Made by a program: the position numbers and the translations under genes. The notes beneath the pieces are model-generated. The model worked only from the letters and a program-made list of their open reading frames with translations. It was not told the origin of the DNA and ran no database searches. A DNA stretch of 20,000 bases from a bacterium. Lineage in GTDB: Bacteria; JADJOY01. Position 1 is the stretch's first letter. The number at the start of each line of letters is the position of its first letter. This document shows positions 1 through 7,737 of this stretch, piece by piece. The stretch lies in the NCBI GenBank assembly GCA_046331705.1, contig JAXLQJ010000004.1, positions 238,281 through 258,280 of the forward strand. Reading direction: 5' to 3'.

Positions 1-1295
1 GCGAGGCGCTGTTGATCGCCGACGTTCCGACCGCGCTCGTGGGCGTCGATTCGGTGCTGGAGGCGCGCATCCACGCCACCCTCTGCGCGCCGCTGGTGGC
101 CCGCGATCGGCTGGTGGGCGTCCTCGAGATCGACAATCGTCATCCCGTCGGCACCTTCAGCGAGCGCGACCTGGAGATCGTGACGGTGTTCGCCGAGCCG
201 TTGGCGATGGCACTCGACAACGCCGCGCTCGCCGAGCGGCTGACCCGCGCGGAAGCGCGGCTACGACGCGAGAACCAGATGTTGCGCGCCTCGCTCGAGG
301 CGACGCTGCTCGCCGATTCGCGGGCGATGCGCGCGGTGCTCCACCGCGTCGAGCTGGCCGCGCGCGAGCGCTTGCCGCTCTTGATCCTGGGCGAGACCGG
401 CGTCGGCAAGGAAGTGGTGGCGCGCACCGTGCATGCCACCAGCGAGCGACGCGACGGGCCGTTCGTCGCGGTCAACTGCGCCGCGCTGCCACGCGACCTC
501 GTCGAGTCCGAGCTCTTCGGTCACGATCGCGGTGCCTTCTCGGGCGCGAGCGGCGCACGCCTCGGGCTCTTTCGCGAAGCCAGCGGCGGCACGCTCTTCC
601 TCGACGAGGTCACCGAGCTACCCATCGAGCTGCAGGCCAAGCTGCTGCGGGCCGTCGACCAGGCCGTGGTGCGACCGGTGGGCGCGGACCGCGAGATGGC
701 CGTGGACGTGCGCATCCTCGCGGCCACCAATCGCGATCCCGAGGCCGAGGTGATGGCGGGCCGTTTCCGGCGCGACCTGCTCTACCGCCTCGACGTGCTG
801 CGCATCGAGATCCCGCCGCTGCGCGACCGCATCGAGGAAGTGCCAGCCCTCGCCGATCACCTTCTCGCTCGTTACCGCGCCGCTTCCGGGCGCGACGTCT
901 GCGGCATCCACCCACGGGCGCTCGATGCGCTGCTCGCCCACGACTGGCCCGGCAACGTGCGCGAGCTCAAGAACGAGATCGAGCGCGCGGCTGCACAGAC
1001 CACCACGGGCGAGTGGATCGCGGACGCCTCGCTCTCACCACGACTGCAAGCCGCAGCGGCGCGCGGCGGTGCCCAGTCGCGGCTCGACCAGGGCGCCGTC
1101 AGCGAGTCGGGCGGCGTGCTGCGCGATGCGCTGGAGGCGATCGAGCGGCGCTTCATCCTCCAGGCCCTCGATCGCTACGACGGCAATCTGACCCGCGCCG
1201 CCGAGCACCTCGGCTTCTCGCGCCCAGGCCTTAGGCTCAAGATGGAGCGCCTGGGCCTGCGCCGCCCTGGCGCCGACACCGACGGAGCGAGCTGA
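1..1295 (+). CDS. Sigma-54-dependent transcriptional activator (bEBP): GAF + AAA+ + Fis-type HTH; probably 5'-truncated by the window edge
   Basis: GAF-like segment (LCAPLVARDRLVGVLEIDN...FSERDLEIV), Walker A GETGVGKE, ESELFGHDRGAFSGA loop, Walker B TLFLDEV, RILAATNRD, FRRDLLYRL, WPGNVRELKN and a C-terminal HTH (GNLTRAAEHLGFSRPGLRLKM). Stop TGA at 1293-1295. Confidence 0.95.
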   Translation, partial: EALLIADVPTALVGVDSVLEARIHATLCAPLVARDRLVGVLEIDNRHPVGTFSERDLEIVTVFAEPLAMALDNAALAERLTRAEARLRRENQMLRASLEATLLADSRAMRAVLHRVELAARERLPLLILGETGVGKEVVARTVHATSERRDGPFVAVNCAALPRDLVESELFGHDRGAFSGASGARLGLFREASGGTLFLDEVTELPIELQAKLLRAVDQAVVRPVGADREMAVDVRILAATNRDPEAEVMAGRFRRDLLYRLDVLRIEIPPLRDRIEEVPALADHLLARYRAASGRDVCGIHPRALDALLAHDWPGNVRELKNEIERAAAQTTTGEWIADASLSPRLQAAAARGGAQSRLDQGAVSESGGVLRDALEAIERRFILQALDRYDGNLTRAAEHLGFSRPGLRLKMERLGLRRPGADTDGAS

Positions 1296-1339
1296 GTCGC
1301 TTCGGCGTGCGCCACGGTGGGCGCGCCTGCGCGACCGCG

Positions 1340-1740
1340 GCGCCAGCCGATCCCATCACGAGCGCCGCAGCAACTCGGTGGAAAGCCGTCCGCGAAGGGC
1401 CGCGGAGGATCGCCGTGCTGGGCACGATGTGCGCCCGAAATCCAGAGCCACGTATCGAGCTCGTGCGGTTGTCGCGCGAGCCGCTCGATCCAGCGCATCG
1501 GCCAATGGTGTCGCTCGTCGGCGAATGCTTCCGGGTGAGCGGCCAGTCGTGGGGGAGCGCGAGGACGATCTCGGCGCACCGGTGCTCTTCGGCGCCGGGC
1601 GGCGTCTTCATCGGACGGGAGCTCATGCCCGCGGTCATGAGCAGATGGAATGGGCGGTCGGCGCTGGGCGGCACCGTGTGCACGTCGATGTGCGCGCTCG
1701 GCGAGACCAGCTCGTGCCCGCGGGCCGGCGGGACGATCAC
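1340..1740 (-). pseudogene. Degraded Suppressor-of-fused (SUFU) domain protein, frameshifted and truncated
   Basis: One frame gives HELVSPSAHIDVHTVPPSADRPFHLLMTAGMSSRPMKTPPGAEEHRCAEIVLALPHDWPLT. After a frameshift near 1533-1535 another frame continues EAFADERHHWPMRWIERLARQPHELDTWL...GDPPRPFADG. Together they match the motif order of bacterial SUFU proteins. Further indels follow and the C-terminal part is missing. Boundaries are approximate. Confidence 0.8.
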
Positions 1741-3194
1741 GACAGGTCCGCCCAACGCAACGTCGTTCGGCTCTCGAAGCCGTCCTCGAAGAGCGGCACG
1801 GAGTCGTCACCCGACGCACCCGACTCGACCGCGCCGATGTCGCAACCATCCGACTGGGCGTGGTTCGCAACCGTGAGTTGGTCGAAGATCCGGCCCGCAC
1901 CCGCGCCACCGGCGCCGAAGCGCTGATCCCGCTCGGCATCGGTGCAGGCACCTTTGTCGATCACGGGGCTTCCTGTCTCGAGCAACGGCAAGTGCGTTCG
2001 CGTCAGGCCGCCGTTGTCCGCGAGCACGGCAATTCGCGGATCGATCGGACTGGCCGACGCACCCACGAAGTCACCGTCGGCATTCGGCGAGCCCGTCGGA
2101 ATCCAGCTCGTCACGTTCGCGTTCGATCCAATCAGGTTCCATCCCTGACTCTGCCAGTCGATGGTGATCTCGACCGACGGAGTCAGGTAGACGTCCGGAT
2201 ACGACGTCACCGCGTTGTCCACGTTCGCTGCGACGATCGAGTTGCGAAACACGAGGCTCACGCTGCGTCCGACCGCCGCGGAGACGTAGAGACCACCACC
2301 GTCGCCGGTACCGGTCGAGTCCGCGTCCACGACGTTGGCCGCGATCGTCGAATCGCTCACCGTGAGCGCCGAGTTCGAAGTGTTGCTGTTCACCAGGATG
2401 CCGCCAGCGTGACGCGCCGCCGAGTTGCCCGAGACCGTGACACGATCGAGCGTGGCCGTCGCATCGACGACGGACAGACCACCGCCGCCACCGTTCACGT
2501 GGGTGGTCGAGTTGCCGCGAAAAGTGGTCGCTCGCACGCTCGCGGTCATGTTCGGTCCATTGAACCGCACACCGCCCACGCCAGAGGCCCCTGCGGCGCT
2601 GTTGCCCACGATCTCGGAGTCCACGATGGACACGCGCACCGGATCGGAGGACGATCCCGCCAGGTAGGCCGCGCCACCGCCGTTGCTCGCCGTGTTGTCC
2701 TCGAGGCGCACACGCACCAGATCGACGGAGGTACCGTCGGCGACGTAGATCGCCCCACCGTACGTCGCGAGGCCGCGGGTGAGCGTCAGGTCTTCGATCC
2801 CGAGCCAGCGGTCCGGTGTCGGGGTGGTGGATTGGATGATCTGGCGCGCGTCCTGGCCGTCGATCGTGAGCAGGTCGCGTCCGGGACCGCGAATGAGCGT
2901 CGGACCCGTGATCGCCGGCAGGTTCGCGGTGAGCAGGATCGTCGCTGGCGTGGCGACGGCGAACACGATTCGGTCCGCGCCCTGACCCGGCCCGCAGCCG
3001 TGGTACGCGCCGTTGTTGTTGGCGGCGGTGATCGCCTCTCGAAGTGAGCATGCCGCATCGCTGACGTCCGCGTCGGTGGTCGTGGTGACGGTGATTTCCG
3101 CGGCACTCGCGTTCGTGCCCACGAGCACGAGCACCAACGCAGCCAGCAGGCCACGTCGCAGGTACGGCGGTTTGGAACCCTGAGCCAGGGACAT
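1737..3194 (-). CDS. Secreted CSLREA-domain protein with beta-helix-like GG/N repeats, choice-of-anchor Q domain and DGFES C-terminal tail
   Basis: Likely ATG at 3194 with GAGGA RBS upstream. Signal peptide RRGLLAALVLVLVGTNASA|AE. ITVTTTTD...CSLREAITAAN motif, repeated N.A..GGG motifs, DPRIAVLADNGGLTRTHLPLLETGSPVIDKG...DQR...CDIGAVE, and the end PLFEDGFES. Confidence 0.9.
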   Translation of the reverse strand: MSLAQGSKPPYLRRGLLAALVLVLVGTNASAAEITVTTTTDADVSDAACSLREAITAANNNGAYHGCGPGQGADRIVFAVATPATILLTANLPAITGPTLIRGPGRDLLTIDGQDARQIIQSTTPTPDRWLGIEDLTLTRGLATYGGAIYVADGTSVDLVRVRLEDNTASNGGGAAYLAGSSSDPVRVSIVDSEIVGNSAAGASGVGGVRFNGPNMTASVRATTFRGNSTTHVNGGGGGLSVVDATATLDRVTVSGNSAARHAGGILVNSNTSNSALTVSDSTIAANVVDADSTGTGDGGGLYVSAAVGRSVSLVFRNSIVAANVDNAVTSYPDVYLTPSVEITIDWQSQGWNLIGSNANVTSWIPTGSPNADGDFVGASASPIDPRIAVLADNGGLTRTHLPLLETGSPVIDKGACTDAERDQRFGAGGAGAGRIFDQLTVANHAQSDGCDIGAVESGASGDDSVPLFEDGFESRTTLRWADLS

Positions 3195-3265
3195 CGATTC
3201 CTCGCTTTCGTTCGCCGGAATGTCCGCGATCCGCGTCGGTCGCGAGCGCGTCATTTATCGCGCGC

Positions 3266-3332
3266 GAAAGAATCTTGCCGCAAGTGGGTTCCGATCGGCG
3301 GCGACGCGGAAACCGACTGGAAACTCGGTTGC
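3266..3332. promoter_or_regulatory. Three imperfect palindromes G(A/C)AA(G/C)-N3-(G/C)TT(G/C)C; candidate activator-binding sites
   Basis: GAAAG-AAT-CTTGC (3266-3278), GCAAG-TGG-GTTCC (3280-3292) and GAAAC-TCG-GTTGC (3320-3332). GGAAAC also recurs at 3308 and 3319 (11-bp spacing). All lie in the relatively AT-rich divergent spacer. Confidence 0.5.
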
Positions 3333-3420
3333 CGCCGCGCGCGGCCGATCGAAGCCCGTGGGCGGGAAAGCGTTCAGAAAACCGAGCACTTGTGACTCGA
3401 TCGCGCGTCGCGCTCGCGCT

Positions 3421-3436
3421 CGCCCCGCGGCTTGCA
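3421..3436 (+). promoter_or_regulatory. Possible sigma-54 (-24/-12) promoter, imperfect
   Basis: CGCCCCGCGGCTTGCA versus consensus TGGCACG-N4-TTGCA: perfect -12 TTGCA, but GC instead of the invariant GG. It sits ~90-150 bp downstream of the palindromes and ~50 bp upstream of a GTG with RBS. Confidence 0.3.
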
Positions 3437-3488
3437 GTGGTCGAGGCCGCACCTCACACCCGCACGTGCCGGATTCGGAGCCGCAATC

Positions 3489-5120
3489 GTGACCACTCCT
3501 CGAGCGCCAACTCGTGCCACCCCGGCCGCCGGCGAGCTCTTCCACCGTGCGCTCGCGCGCTGGCGACGGCACCGGTGCGAGTCCAAGCCGCTTCCGGCCC
3601 CCGGGAACCGCACCGGCGCGCCCCGGCCGCCAACTCACCCGCTCGCTCGGTTCGTTCTGGCGCGGTGGATTGCCGTGTCCTCGCTCCTCGGGTGCCAGGC
3701 ACCGCTCACCGTCGATCGCTACGACGACGAGCCGAGCGCATCGGCTTGTGTCGAGGGCGTGCCCAACGATTGCTCGCTGCGCGGCGCGATCCTGAACGCC
3801 AACCGCACACCCGGAACGGCGAGCATCGCGCTCCCCGCCGGGACCTACGCGCTCTCCGTCCCGGGACGCAACGAGGACGCGAGCGAGTCCGGTGATCTCG
3901 ACATCACGGACGACCTGACGATCGCCGGCATGCCGGACGCCGAGGGGCACCGACCGAACGTCGTGCTCGCCGACGTCTCCCTCGATCGCGCCTGGCATGT
4001 GGATCCGGCGAGGGCAGGAATCACCGTCCGCTTGGCTGACCTCGATCTCGCGGGAGGCCTGGCGATCGACCTCGAAGCGCCGGACTGGGGAGGCTCCCCG
4101 TACGGCGGAACGATCCTCAACACCGGCGCGGCGCTCACGCTGGAACGCTGCGCGATCCTCACGGGCGAGGCCATCGTCGGCGCCGCGATCCTGAACGAAG
4201 GTCGCCTCACGCTGGTCGGCAGCACCATCACCGGCGGCTACCTCTTCTTCCTGCTCAAGGGAGGCGGCATCGCCAACGGGAACCCGTACACCGGTGCCCC
4301 CGGTGGCCAGGTGTCCATCGAAGACTCCGAGGTGCGCGAGTTCGAGGTCGCCCACGACGACACGTGGCGACCCTTCGGAACCGAGGTCATCGAAGGTGGT
4401 GGGATCTACAACGGTGACGGCGGTGTGCTCACGATCACGCGATCCACGATCGCGGCAAACCGGCTGTCGTCAGGCGCCATCCTCCAGCCCGCCTGCGTCG
4501 AGCCCGTGCTCGGCGGCGGCATCGCCAATCACGCCGTGCTGTGGATCGAGCAATCCACGGTCGTCGCCAACGCGGTCAGCGAGTCCTGCGGCTGGGGTCT
4601 GAGCTCGGCGCGCGGCGGCGGGATCGCCAACACGGCCGAGGCCGCGCTGGTCAACGTCACGTTGAGCGAGAACGTTGCGTACTCGTCCTCGCAGCCCGGC
4701 GAAGGAAGTGCGCTCTACAACGCCGGCACGGCGGTGCTCGCCCACGTCACGTCGGCAGAGAACCTGCCTGCCGGTGGCGCAGCGATCCACGGCGCGGGCG
4801 GCATTCTCGAGCTCGCGAACTCGCTGATTCACGATGCGTGCGGCGGCGCGGGGATCCTCTCGAGTGGCGGGAACCTCGAGAGCCCTGGGGACACCTGCGG
4901 ACTCGACCAGCCGAGCGATCGGCCCACCGTTCCCGACCCGGGTCTCGGTCCGCTCGCCGACAACGGCGGGCCGACGCAAACGGTTGCGCTGCTCACCGGC
5001 AGCCCCGCCCTCGACGCGGGCTTGCCGGCGGCGTGCCTCGCCACCGACCAGCGCGGCGAGCCCCGCGAGGACGGCCACTGCGACATCGGCGCCTTCGAGC
5101 GCCAACCCGAGGATTCCTGA
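3489..5120 (+). CDS. CSLREA-like (CSLRGA) / choice-of-anchor Q surface protein, probable lipoprotein (paralogue 1)
   Basis: LTVDRYDD...CSLRGAILNAN, GDLDITDDLTI, GGGIAN/GGGIYN repeats and the C-terminal DPGLGPLADNGGPTQTVALLTGSPALDAG...DQRGEPR..CDIGAFE. Lipobox-like LLG-C (Cys codon 3693). Start uncertain: GTG 3489 follows GGAG; the ORF is open from 3432. Confidence 0.88.
   Translation: MTTPRAPTRATPAAGELFHRALARWRRHRCESKPLPAPGNRTGAPRPPTHPLARFVLARWIAVSSLLGCQAPLTVDRYDDEPSASACVEGVPNDCSLRGAILNANRTPGTASIALPAGTYALSVPGRNEDASESGDLDITDDLTIAGMPDAEGHRPNVVLADVSLDRAWHVDPARAGITVRLADLDLAGGLAIDLEAPDWGGSPYGGTILNTGAALTLERCAILTGEAIVGAAILNEGRLTLVGSTITGGYLFFLLKGGGIANGNPYTGAPGGQVSIEDSEVREFEVAHDDTWRPFGTEVIEGGGIYNGDGGVLTITRSTIAANRLSSGAILQPACVEPVLGGGIANHAVLWIEQSTVVANAVSESCGWGLSSARGGGIANTAEAALVNVTLSENVAYSSSQPGEGSALYNAGTAVLAHVTSAENLPAGGAAIHGAGGILELANSLIHDACGGAGILSSGGNLESPGDTCGLDQPSDRPTVPDPGLGPLADNGGPTQTVALLTGSPALDAGLPAACLATDQRGEPREDGHCDIGAFERQPEDS
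5031..5104 (+). repeat. Paralogous direct repeat, copy 1 (3' end of CSLRGA paralogue 1)
   Basis: 74-nt block matching 7585-7658 with 5 mismatches by manual count, all at third codon positions. Confidence 0.85.
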
Positions 5121-5122
5121 CC

Positions 5123-6226
5123 ATGAAACGTCGCACGCAGGCGATCGCAGCCGCACTGGCGGTGGGTGCAGGTGGGTGCACCACTCCCACGACGTTTTTC
5201 GGCACCTACCCTGAATTCGACAGCTTCGCCGCGTTGCGCGTGTTCCCGGAGGGCGGCTTGGTGGCCGCGGGCTACGCCAACGGGAGTGGCGGCGGCGAAT
5301 CAGGGGCCGCGCTGCTGCGTCTCGACCCGAACGGCACCCCGCTCTGGTCGCGCACCTATCGACTGGACGGCGTCGAGACGCGCGCCTCCGACCTGGTGAT
5401 CGCCGCGAATGGTGACGTGGTTCTTGCCGGTAGAGTCCTCGCCGAAACCGACGACGTGTTCGTCGTGCGCGCCGACGGCGATGGAAACCCGATCTGGTCC
5501 ACGGCGATCGAGGGCGCGCGCGACGAGCGTGCGACGCAGATCGAATCCACGGCGGACGGGGGCTTCGTGGTCACGAACGACCAGCAAGTGGGTGACAACG
5601 TCTTCAAGCTCGACGCCGCGGGCCAGATCGTGTGGCGGCGCCACGTCGATACCGACGGGTACTTCTCGAATGCCGCCGTGCTCTCGAACGGCCTCATCGT
5701 CGTGGCGGGTGAGGAGGTCGTGACGCTGTCGAGCGACGGCTTCGAGCTTTCGCGCCGGCCCACCACCGTGTCCAACGGAGCGGCGATCTCGTTGCCGCGA
5801 GGCGGTGTCGTGGCCACCACCGCGGACGTCATCGCCGTGGCAGGCGCATCGGAAGATGTCGGCGTCGTGACCGGCTTCGACTCGCTCGGCAGCCGGCTGT
5901 GGGAGGATGTGCTCGATCCTGTCGGTGCATCGTTGGTGGAGGTGCACGGCGTGGACGGCGCTCCCAACGGCGGTGTGGCGATCACCGGCCGCGACGTGCT
6001 CTACCTCGATCCGTGGCATCCGGAAACGCAGGCGCATTGGCCCGCGGCGATCGTCACCGACCCCCTCGGGCGCTCGGTGGCGCGCCAGCGCTTGGCGCTC
6101 ACCATCGACGTCTATCCGGATACGGGGGCGTACGTGGCCGATCGGGGCGAGATGGCGATGGCCGGCAGGACCGCGGATGCAGCCGTGATTCTCGAGACGC
6201 TCGGTCTCGGAGGGCCGCAATCATGA
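5123..6226 (+). CDS. Putative beta-propeller lipoprotein
   Basis: ATG 2 nt after the previous stop. MKRRTQAIAAALAVGAGG-C lipoprotein-type signal. Repeats LLRLDPNGTPLW, VVRADGDGNPIW, VFKLDAAGQIVW and FDSLGSRLW are typical of propeller blades. The stop overlaps the next ATG (ATGA). Confidence 0.8.
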   Translation: MKRRTQAIAAALAVGAGGCTTPTTFFGTYPEFDSFAALRVFPEGGLVAAGYANGSGGGESGAALLRLDPNGTPLWSRTYRLDGVETRASDLVIAANGDVVLAGRVLAETDDVFVVRADGDGNPIWSTAIEGARDERATQIESTADGGFVVTNDQQVGDNVFKLDAAGQIVWRRHVDTDGYFSNAAVLSNGLIVVAGEEVVTLSSDGFELSRRPTTVSNGAAISLPRGGVVATTADVIAVAGASEDVGVVTGFDSLGSRLWEDVLDPVGASLVEVHGVDGAPNGGVAITGRDVLYLDPWHPETQAHWPAAIVTDPLGRSVARQRLALTIDVYPDTGAYVADRGEMAMAGRTADAAVILETLGLGGPQS

Positions 6227-7674
6227 GACGCTTGCGCTTCCTCGCGACGACGCTGCTCTCGATCGCGCTCGCCGCAGCGTGTGGTTGTTCCGGCCCACTC
6301 ACCGTCGACCGGTTCGACGACGATCCCACGGCCACCGCGTGCCTCGCCGACGTGCCCGACGATTGCTCGCTGCGCGGTGCGATTCTGAACGCCAACCGCA
6401 CCCTCGGCCCCGGCGTGATCGACGTGCCGGCGGGCGACTATCTGCTCGTCGCAGCCGGCCGCGACGAGGACGAGGGCCTGACGGGCGATCTCGACATCAC
6501 GGACGCCGTGGAGATCTACGGACGCCTGGCGCCGAGCGGGTTCCCCGCGGTGCGCATCGACGCCCAGTCCGCGGATCGCGTGATCCACGTCCACCCGCTC
6601 GTCCTCGGAAGCGCGGTACGCGTCCAAGCGATCGAGCTGCGCGAGGGCGACACCGGCTGGCGCTTCGGCGACCCGCCGACCTCGACGGCCGACGGCGGTC
6701 TGGTCCTCAACGATGGCGCGGCGCTCACGCTCGACCAATGCCGGCTGCGGATCGGGCTGGCGCGCTACGGCGGGCTGGTCGCGAGCCGCGGCATCCTCGC
6801 CATCACCGCGAGCACGCTGGACGGCGGCGAGGCGGTGCTCGGCGGTGGCGGTCTCGTGAACGGCGATCCGGAGGTCCCGGGATCCGGCGGCTCGGTCGCG
6901 CTGGCTCGCACCACGGTCACGCGCAACGACATCTCGTACTTCCACACGCCGTCGCCGTTCGGCGGCGGGGGCGGAGTGCTGAACGCGGCCGGTGGCGCCA
7001 TGCTCATTCAGGACAGCACCGTCTCGGAGAACACGTACACCCTTCACGACTCCGGGGGCCCCGCGTTCACCGGCGGCGGTGGAATCCGCAACCTCGCGCA
7101 ACTCGACATCTCGGGCAGCCTCTTCGAGCTCAACGAGACCGACGGCGATTCCACGCCGCGCGGCGGCGCGATCCTCAACGACGGCGCCCTTCAGATCCGC
7201 AACACGACCTTCCACCAGAACGGGTGTTGCAGCGGCTCCCTCGGCGATGCGGCCGTCTTCAACACCGGCATCGCGAGCCTCGACCACGTGACGTTCGCCT
7301 TCGACGTGGCTGCGGTGTGGGTCGAGTCCGGGCACGTGGAGAGCGCGAACTCGCTGTTTCGATCGTCGTCCACCTTCCCCGGGCCGCCGGCGTGCGCGGG
7401 CGGCGAGCTGATCTCGCTGGGCGGAAACCTGGAGGCGCCGAGCAATACGTGTGGCCTGCACGAACCGACGGACCAGGTGGGCGTCGCGGACCCCGGGCTC
7501 GCGACGATCGCCTCGAATGGCGGGCCCACGAAAACGATCGCGCTCCTCGCGACCAGCCCCGCGATCGACGGCGGCATTCCCGGCGCGTGCCTTGCCACCG
7601 ACCAGCGAGGCGAGCCGCGCGACGACGGCCATTGCGACATCGGCGCCTTCGAGCGCCAGGCCAGCGATCCCTGA
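6223..7674 (+). CDS. CSLREA-like (CSLRGA) / choice-of-anchor Q lipoprotein (paralogue 2)
   Basis: ATGA coupling at 6223-6226. Signal MRRLRFLATTLLSIALAAA-C(GC). LTVDRFDD...CSLRGAILNAN, GDLDITD, GGG repeats and the C-terminal SNGGPTKTIALLATSPAIDGG...DQRGEPRDDGHCDIGAFE. Confidence 0.92.
   Translation: MRRLRFLATTLLSIALAAACGCSGPLTVDRFDDDPTATACLADVPDDCSLRGAILNANRTLGPGVIDVPAGDYLLVAAGRDEDEGLTGDLDITDAVEIYGRLAPSGFPAVRIDAQSADRVIHVHPLVLGSAVRVQAIELREGDTGWRFGDPPTSTADGGLVLNDGAALTLDQCRLRIGLARYGGLVASRGILAITASTLDGGEAVLGGGGLVNGDPEVPGSGGSVALARTTVTRNDISYFHTPSPFGGGGGVLNAAGGAMLIQDSTVSENTYTLHDSGGPAFTGGGGIRNLAQLDISGSLFELNETDGDSTPRGGAILNDGALQIRNTTFHQNGCCSGSLGDAAVFNTGIASLDHVTFAFDVAAVWVESGHVESANSLFRSSSTFPGPPACAGGELISLGGNLEAPSNTCGLHEPTDQVGVADPGLATIASNGGPTKTIALLATSPAIDGGIPGACLATDQRGEPRDDGHCDIGAFERQASDP
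7585..7658 (+). repeat. Paralogous direct repeat, copy 2 (3' end of CSLRGA paralogue 2)
   Basis: Matches 5031-5104; encodes ACLATDQRGEPR(D/E)DGHCDIGAFER. Confidence 0.85.
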
Positions 7675-7737
7675 TGCGCGGCCCGGGCGGGCTGCTCGCC
7701 GCGCGCGCCCAGGCGAGGGCCGGCGCGAGCGCTCGAA

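Noticed and set aside
1370-1386. GCAACTCGGTGGAAAG resembling the spacer motifs at 3309-3332
   Set aside because: Only a half match, inside the SUFU remnant, with no downstream promoter; could be chance.
3278-3293. Minus-strand CGGAACCCACTTGC as a sigma-54 promoter for the leftward CSLREA gene
   Set aside because: GG-to-GC spacing is 9 nt rather than the strict 10 nt.
5031-7658. Repeat pair as a diversity-generating retroelement TR/VR
   Set aside because: Mismatches are at third codon positions and are not adenine-specific, both copies are coding, and there is no reverse transcriptase in the window.
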